In this document: positions 16,442 through 22,030 of the stretch, in pieces
How positions within the stretch are numbered: position 1 is the first letter of the stretch
How the letters are laid out: each line of letters starts with the position of its first letter
DNA from: Dehalococcoidia bacterium
Lineage (GTDB): Bacteria; Chloroflexota; Dehalococcoidia; Lucifugimonadales; UBA3495
Reading direction: 5' to 3'
Length of the DNA stretch: 22,030 nucleotides
Assembly (NCBI GenBank): GCA_030740155.1
Contig: JASLXV010000010.1
Coordinates: 1 to 22,030, forward strand
Notes under the pieces: model-generated
What the model saw: only the letters and a program-made list of their open reading frames with translations
The model's database searches: none
Told to the model about the DNA's origin: nothing
Made by a program: the position numbers and the translations under genes

Positions 16442-16486
16442 CGATAGGCAGGTCTTCAGCCGTGCAATGCGATGTATGCCGCAGGG

Positions 16487-16900
16487 CTACAACGCGGAGG
16501 CCAGGGCGGTTACGAGCAGGACGGCGATGAAGAGCAGGGTCCCCACGGCCACCAGGCCACAGCCCAAGAACCCTCCCTTCTTCACCGGCTCGGAGATGAT
16601 CCGGCGGGACTGGACCGGTCCAGTCCTCTCGATGGTGAACTCTTCGACCCCCGGCTGGCCCCGGAAGCCGCGGGCCGGCTGGTACGATAGGCGGACGCGA
16701 TAGCCGTCCTCATGCTCCTCCTGGGAGAGCACCTCCCAGGCCAGCTCCTTTTTGCGGTAGCGGCGTCCGTAGAAATCCTGGTTGTCGCGGGCGTGGGCCA
16801 GGGCGGCGGCGCGAGCCTGGTCCAACGAGATGAAGTCCCCTCCCCCAGGGGGTTGGGATTCGGGTTGTCCCTGATCCTACACGTTTTCGTCTTCAGCCAT
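16487..16900 (-). pseudogene. Small membrane protein (PepSY-like domain + C-terminal TM) with in-frame TAG at codon 8
   Basis: AGGTGA RBS then ATG 16900 reads MAEDENV*DQGQ...DFISLDQARAAAL, in frame with ORF 16487..16825. Homology to the neighbouring paralog extends upstream of TTG 16825. Confidence 0.7.
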
Positions 16901-16945
16901 GGTCAATCACCTGGTCCTTGCAGGCTTGGGCCGGGAATCGCCCTC

Positions 16946-16974
16946 AACATACACGACCTGGGGCTTCGGGGCAA
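16946..16974 (-). promoter_or_regulatory. Putative sigma70 promoter of the small PepSY-like gene
   Basis: TTGCCC (16974-16969), 17 bp, TATGTT (16951-16946). Confidence 0.5.
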
Positions 16975-16976
16975 GC

Positions 16977-17012
16977 GGCCAGGCTGAGGGGGCAACAAGC
17001 CTCGGCTCGGCC
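16977..17012 (-). terminator. Hairpin directly after the stop of the TolB-like gene
   Basis: GGCCAGGCTGAGG...CCTCGGCTCGGCC imperfect inverted repeat within 5 bp of the stop at 17017; no U-tract. Confidence 0.35.
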
Positions 17013-17016
17013 AACG

Positions 17017-19781
17017 CTAAGGGCCCCAGTCAGGCAAGATTTCGTAAGCTGGGTTGTTCGACAGGTTGGTCTGATTGGAGCCGTCAGCATCCATTGCGTA
17101 TATCTCCCAGTTCCCATCCCTCTCAGTGTAGAAGGCCAGCTTGGTCCCGTCCGGCGACCAGTCGGGCCTGAAATCATCGATGGAGTTGCTGGTGAGGCGC
17201 TCCTGGCTGGTGCCGTCGGCGTCCATAACGTAAATCTCCCAATTGCCGTCACGCGAGGAACTCCAGGCGATCTTGGTCCCGTCCGGCGACCAGGAAGGGC
17301 TCACATCTGAGGTTGAGTTGGAGGTTAGGCGAGTCGGGCCAGTACCATCGGAATTCATGACGTAGATCTCCCAATTGCCGTCTCTCTCTGATTGAAAAGC
17401 GATCTTATTCCCATCCGAAGACCACTCAGGGCTTGCATCGCGGGCTGAGTTGAAGGTTAGGCGGGTAGGGCTAGTGCCATCTGAATTCATAACGTATATT
17501 TCCCAGTTGCCGTCACGCAGGGAATTCCAGGTGATCTTACTCCCGTCAGGCGACCAGGATGGGTTTTGGTCCTTAACCGGGTCAGTCGTCAACCTGGCCA
17601 CCCCGGACCCGTCAGCACTCATGATGTAGATCTTTTTGCTGCCGTCTCGGTCTGATGAAAAGGCGATCTTGTTCCCATCTGACGACCACGCAGGGTCCCC
17701 TTCGGTGGCCACATTGGTGGTCAGGCGAGTCTGGCTGGAGCCGTCGGCATCCATCACATAAATCTCCAAGTTGTTACTGTCTATTCGCCGCACGAAGACA
17801 ATCTTGCCCCCCGTAGGCGGAGGTATCGGCGTAGCTGTCGGCGCAGGCGTGGGCGTTGGAGTGGGGGTGGGTGTTACTGTTGGGGTAATCCCAGGCGCCA
17901 GGGTGGGGGTGTGGGTAGGCGTCGGCCCTACTGTCGGCGGAACCGTCGGCGTCGGCGTCGGCGTGGGAGTCGGGATTGCCCTTGGGGTGGGGACCGGCGT
18001 GGCCCCGATGACCTGGAAGTTGGCGATGGCACTCTTGGCCGAGTTCATGGTCAGGGTGCAGGACGGCGTATCTCCGCCGCAATTCTCAGACCACCCGGTG
18101 AACCACCAGCCCGAACTGGGCGTGGCCTGCAACGTCGCCTGGGTCCCACATAGATACTGCCCGCCTCCGGTCGCGATTCCACCGCCCAGGGGGCTTGCGC
18201 TGGCGGTCAGGGTATAGACCGGGCGCTCGATGGTTACCTCCACCGCCCGGTCCTCCCGCATCTCTACCCAGGCAAACATTCTGTCCACGGTATCAGCACC
18301 TGTCCACGTGACCCCAAAGCAGGCCTGATTGGGCGTTGCCTGGAGCAGCACCCGTGACCCGACCTCATGCTTCCCGTCCGGGCCGGGCGCTTGGCTCACC
18401 TGGACCATTCCGTTGAGCACGAACAGCATCAGTTGGCCCGGATCGAGAGTCTCGCCATTAATGGACAAGGGAAAGCCGGTGGGCTCGGCGCAGTGCGCCA
18501 TCAGGTTCCGCTTCTGATCCACGGTTACGATGATGGAGGTCGATGAAGGGTTGACCCCGGCGGGCAGGTCTCCGGTCCACCTTTCGAATCCGTATTCACA
18601 ACTGGCCGTGACCCGGACCCGTCTCCCGACCGGGTAGCGTCCGTCATCGCTGGAGGGGTTCAGGCCGATTCTACCCAAGCTCCCGGGTTGGACCGTGGCC
18701 TCCAGCAGATAAGTCGGCGGTGGTGTTGGTATTGGCGTCGGGGTGGGTGGCGTGGGCGTCTCCGTTGGCGCGGGCACCGGCGTATTTGTTGGTGCCGGTG
18801 CGGGCGTGGGTGTGTCGGCGCGGGAGCCACCGTCGCGGTAGGCGTCGGGACCGGCGTGGAGGCAGCTATTGCCGTTGGGCTGGGCCGGTCCGTCGGCGAT
18901 GCAGTGGGCGCCGGAGTCAGGGTGAGCACCGGCGCTGGAGTGGGCTCGGGCTCCCTGACGGTCAGGGCGAACACGCTGAGGCTATCCACCTGGGCCCGGG
19001 CGGTGGACGCGTCGAAGTCCACCGTGGTGGGCAGGGCTTCCCAGCGGCGGCCGGCATCTTGGTAATGCTGGAGAACCAGGTTGGATTCGACGCCGCCGGC
19101 CGCCGTTGCATCGGCCGCGCTCAACCGCACTCTGATGGTGATTGGCTTCAGCAGGGCCGACTCCATGGTGAGGTTGAACGCCGTCTGGGTCGCTTTGTAC
19201 CGCGGGGGCATTACCGGTATCTCGGACGAGGAAAGCGCGCGAAACGACAGCTCAGTGGGAACAGCCGCTGTTCCCTCGTCTGCCTCAATGGTCACGCTGC
19301 CATCGGAAGACACCACCGTGATCGGCGCACCCGGTTCCATCGTCACGCGGACAATATCGTCCGTTGACGATGAAAACACCCCGGCGGCGAGAAGTATTCC
19401 CATCATCACCAGGGCCACGGCTGCCGTTCCGGACAGAACGGCTAACGACTTTAAAGCGGGTTTGGGCTCGCCGAGAATCTGCCGCAGTTCGACGGGACCG
19501 GTCTTGTCGATGACGAACAGTTCCACGCCGGGCTTGCCCCGGAACCACCAGGCCGGACGATAGGAGAGCCGGACCCGGTAGTAGTCCTCGCTCTCCTCGG
19601 CGCTCAGTTCCTCCCAGACAAGCTCGCGGTCGGCGTAGCGACGCCCGTAGAAGTCGGTGTTGTCGCGGGCGTACCGCAAGGCCAAGACCCGGGCCTGGTC
19701 CAAGGAGATATAACCCAGGGCCTCGCCTTCCGGCGTGAACTCTAGCTTTTCCCCCTCTTTCTTGCCCTCTTCCTCGGCCAA
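17017..19781 (-). pseudogene. Frameshifted ~920-aa membrane-anchored surface protein: PepSY-like domain, TM, ZU5-like domain, P/T linker, ~3 InlB-B/Flg_new-like repeats, P/T linker, six-bladed TolB/PD40 propeller
   Basis: ORFs 18660..19832 and 17017..18777 join if 2 bp are removed at (GT)3 18810-18815, restoring ...[16 protein letters not shown].... Probable start TTG 19781 after GGGGGTG. Motifs [17 protein letters not shown] and repeated PxWSPDGxKIAF...DGNWEIYVM. Confidence 0.8.
17020..17808 (-). repeat. Six intragenic ~44-aa (~132-bp) PD40/TolB blade repeats
   Basis: [10 protein letters not shown] recurs every 44 aa in blades 3-6; DNA TCCCArTTGCCGTC recurs at 132-bp spacing. Confidence 0.9.
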
Positions 19782-19824
19782 CTGACACCCCCGGAGGGGG
19801 ATATCTCCAAAACGGAGATACCCG

Positions 19825-19859
19825 TTGACCAATATAACCGAGGGTCAAGATTGAGGCAA
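19825..19859 (-). promoter_or_regulatory. Putative sigma70 promoter of the large surface-protein gene with overlapping inverted-repeat operator
   Basis: TTGCCT (19859-19854), 17 bp, TATATT (19836-19831). TTGACC-N12-GGTCAA palindrome (19825-19848) brackets the -10. Confidence 0.6.
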
Positions 19860-19888
19860 GCCCGAATCAGGTGAAGCGGGAAGAAGCG

Positions 19889-20587
19889 TCACGCCGCCAA
19901 AGCCGCCGGTATCCACGCCTCCAGCAGCTTCTCCAGCTCCTCCCGGCACTCCGCCAGCCGGTGCTCGGCCCCATCGTAGAGAACAAGCTCCTTGGGCTCC
20001 AGGGCGGCGGCGTAAATCTGCTGGGCGCAGGAGTACGGGAGACGCGTGTCGCTCTTGCCGTGGACCACCAGCAGGCGTCGAGGAGAAAGCTGCGCAACGG
20101 CGCCGGTGCCGCGGGTCTGGGGCGACAAGCAGACGACTCCCTTGACGGAGGAGCTGACCGCCCCGGCGGCGACGACCACGGCCCCTCCGAACGAGTGCCC
20201 CACCACCACCACCGGCCCACGCCCATCCTTTCCCAAGAAGGATATGCCGACCAGCAGGTCCAGGACGCACTCTTGGAAGTCGCCGGGATAGCGGTAGTCC
20301 AAACGAAGGGAGGTGATGCCTTGCCCCTGCAATACACCGGCCATCCGCGCGTAAATGCCGGGTCCCGGACCACCGAATCCACCCCTGACGCCGGAGACCC
20401 AGACCACCGCCTGGTGAGACCCGGGGGCCGGATGCAGGATCCCCCGGAAGTCGCCCTTGTTGGTGCGAAACAGCATACCCTCGCCAACGCGTCCGTCAGC
20501 GGGAGGGCCGCCGCTGAGCACCTCCCGGATGGCTATTGAGACGCTCTCCGGGCGGTCGCCAGGGCTCTGGTTCTCGGGTGTCGCCAT
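19889..20587 (-). CDS. Alpha/beta hydrolase (capless, dienelactone-hydrolase/Hydrolase_4-like)
   Basis: GHSFGG nucleophile elbow, HGKSD acid, GAEH His; ATG 20587 after AAAGGA. Confidence 0.88.
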   Translation of the reverse strand: MATPENQSPGDRPESVSIAIREVLSGGPPADGRVGEGMLFRTNKGDFRGILHPAPGSHQAVVWVSGVRGGFGGPGPGIYARMAGVLQGQGITSLRLDYRYPGDFQECVLDLLVGISFLGKDGRGPVVVVGHSFGGAVVVAAGAVSSSVKGVVCLSPQTRGTGAVAQLSPRRLLVVHGKSDTRLPYSCAQQIYAAALEPKELVLYDGAEHRLAECREELEKLLEAWIPAALAA

Positions 20588-20656
20588 AAGTCCTTTTCTC
20601 AACGAGACGCAATCACCGCCGGCTACCCGCATCCGTTAAGGACCGCGCCGGGGCGG

Positions 20657-21496
20657 TTAGCTCAGGAAGCCGCGCACTGCGGTGAGGAACCCGTCGGGGT
20701 TGTCTTCGAAGACCATGTGCCCGGCCCGGGGGACCTCCGTCAGCCGGGCGTCGGGGATCGTTTCAACCATCCGCCGGGCCACATCGGCGCCCAGCAGGTC
20801 CGTCTCGCCGCCGCGGACGATCAACGTGGGGCAGCCAATCTTGGGCAGCGCCGGCCAGAGGTCGATGGATGGAGCGCTGGTGCCGTTCCGCCGCTGCTCC
20901 CGGACTGCCAGGTCAAAGCGCCAACCGACCTTGCCGTTGGGCAGCTCCATGGTCGAGTACCGCAGACGCCGCAGCAGCACGGCGTCGGACGCGAAACGGT
21001 CCTGCGGACCCATGTACTCCACGACCGCCTCGAAAGAGTCGAACTCCTCGGGAAGCTCGGTGATCTCCCGGGTGATGCGCTTGGCGCCCCGGGGGTCGAT
21101 CACGGGACCGATATCCACGACGATAAGCTTTTTCACCCGGTCCGGGTAGCGGGAGGTGAAGGCCATCCCGTTGCGGCCTCCCATGGAATGACCCACCAGG
21201 ATGAAAGAGTCCAGCGCCAGGGCGTCACAGAACCCGGTTAAGTCGGCCACGAAGGCGTCGGTGGAGTAATCTCCACCTGGCGCCCAATCGCTCTCGCCGC
21301 GGCCTCGCTGGTCCAGGGCCAGGACGTGAAAGTCTTGGCACAGGGCGGCCGACACGTCGTCCCAGGAGTGGGCGTGGCCCCGGAGGCCGTGGAGGAGCAG
21401 CAAGGTTGGTTTTCCGGCGGCCCCCCAGTCCAGATAATGCAGCTTCAGGCCGTTGGCGGCAACGGTCTTGTCCTCGGGTCTAACTCCGGTGGTCAT
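20657..21496 (-). CDS. Alpha/beta hydrolase (Abhydrolase_1 family)
   Basis: LLHGL, LDQRGRGES, GHSMGG, RGGETD, AGHMV; ATG 21496 after GGAGGG. Confidence 0.92.
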   Translation of the reverse strand: MTTGVRPEDKTVAANGLKLHYLDWGAAGKPTLLLLHGLRGHAHSWDDVSAALCQDFHVLALDQRGRGESDWAPGGDYSTDAFVADLTGFCDALALDSFILVGHSMGGRNGMAFTSRYPDRVKKLIVVDIGPVIDPRGAKRITREITELPEEFDSFEAVVEYMGPQDRFASDAVLLRRLRYSTMELPNGKVGWRFDLAVREQRRNGTSAPSIDLWPALPKIGCPTLIVRGGETDLLGADVARRMVETIPDARLTEVPRAGHMVFEDNPDGFLTAVRGFLS

Positions 21497-21677
21497 CTCT
21501 CGCCCTCCGACTCCGCTTAAATCGATACGCTGGATGCCCTCGAATGGGTAGACCAAGTGTAGCATAGCTCCAGGAGACGACCCGGCGGTGTCTCCCGAAT
21601 AAGAGCAGCCGGTTCACCGGCCCCAGGGCGGGAGTCCAGAGAGCACTGCCTTCCGGCCCCGGCTCGGCCACGGTTTG

Positions 21678-21706
21678 TTGACGCCTGGGGGCGCCGCTGC
21701 TACACT
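21678..21706 (+). promoter_or_regulatory. Sigma70 promoter pointing rightwards out of the window
   Basis: TTGACG (21678-21683), 17 bp, TACACT (21701-21706) with extended -10 TG. Confidence 0.65.
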
Positions 21707-21717
21707 CGCTCCCATCC

Positions 21718-21748
21718 AAATGGACCGGTAAAATGGACCGGCCATTTT
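21718..21748. promoter_or_regulatory. Putative GntR/FadR-type operator
   Basis: Palindrome AAAATGG-accgg-CCATTTT (21730-21748) plus tandem AAATGGACCGG x2, immediately downstream of the predicted start site. Confidence 0.5.
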
Positions 21749-21797
21749 CAGGAAGGTCGGCTCCTCACCGAGGAGCACGATTGAGAACGGACGGTCA

Positions 21798-21957
21798 TTC
21801 GACAGGTTCATGGACCGCACGAGCTTGCCGAACCGCTCGGGGCGATAGATACTTGGAGCCCATCCGAAGATTTCAGATTCGGCCGATCCCGGTCCTTCGA
21901 CAAGCTCAGTACGAGCGGGTCCCGGCGTTGTAGGGGCGATTTGCCAAACGCCCCAAC
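21798..21957. repeat. Cluster of REP-like palindromic elements
   Basis: TTCGACAGGTTC...GAGCTTGCCGAA (21798-21832), GTCCTTCGACAAGCTCAGTACGAGCGG (21892-21918) and GTAG-type GTAGGGGCG...CGCCCCAAC (21930-21957). Confidence 0.65.
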
Positions 21958-22030
21958 CCGAAAGACCCAACCAACCATATTGGTTTGTATTGGGATATTG
22001 GCGGCGTGGAGCGGCCAGCGAAGCAAAGGC

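Noticed and set aside
15121..16530. 469-aa plus-strand ORF
   Set aside because: Antisense to the MBL hydrolase and GH fusion, which carry clear family motifs.
17020..17808. Possible diversity-generating retroelement TR/VR pair among near-identical repeats
   Set aside because: Repeats are in-frame propeller blades, differences are not adenine-specific, and no reverse transcriptase is in the window.
19871..20539. 222-aa plus-strand ORF
   Set aside because: Antisense shadow of an alpha/beta hydrolase with a complete catalytic triad.

Overview
GC-rich bacterial chromosomal segment. Gene content (LLM-class flavin oxidoreductase, iron-ADH-family enzyme, Pro/Thr-linked TolB-like surface protein, large Alu-type SRP RNA) suggests Chloroflexota, probably Dehalococcoidia/SAR202-like; this is inference. 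Plus strand: a 5'-truncated DUF4395-like membrane protein gene, then a sigma70 promoter driving a large SRP RNA followed by rsmA-ispE-lgt. All other genes are on the minus strand: recJ, fabF, a B12-binding radical SAM enzyme with a 4x29-aa amphipathic tail, an LLM oxidoreductase, an MFS transporter, a probable operon (MBL-fold hydrolase, dead M14-peptidase/GH88-105 fusion, iron-ADH-like enzyme lacking metal ligands), two adjacent genes sharing an uncharacterised ~83-aa PepSY-like N-terminal domain plus TM helix (both disrupted: one amber stop, one frameshift), and two alpha/beta hydrolases. Intergenic spaces carry several families of short palindromic REP/RPE-like elements. No CRISPR array, tRNA, rRNA or transposase was seen. 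Best leads: the shared PepSY-like anchor domain family, the radical SAM amphipathic tail beside fabF, and an Lgt with substitutions at residues essential in E. coli.
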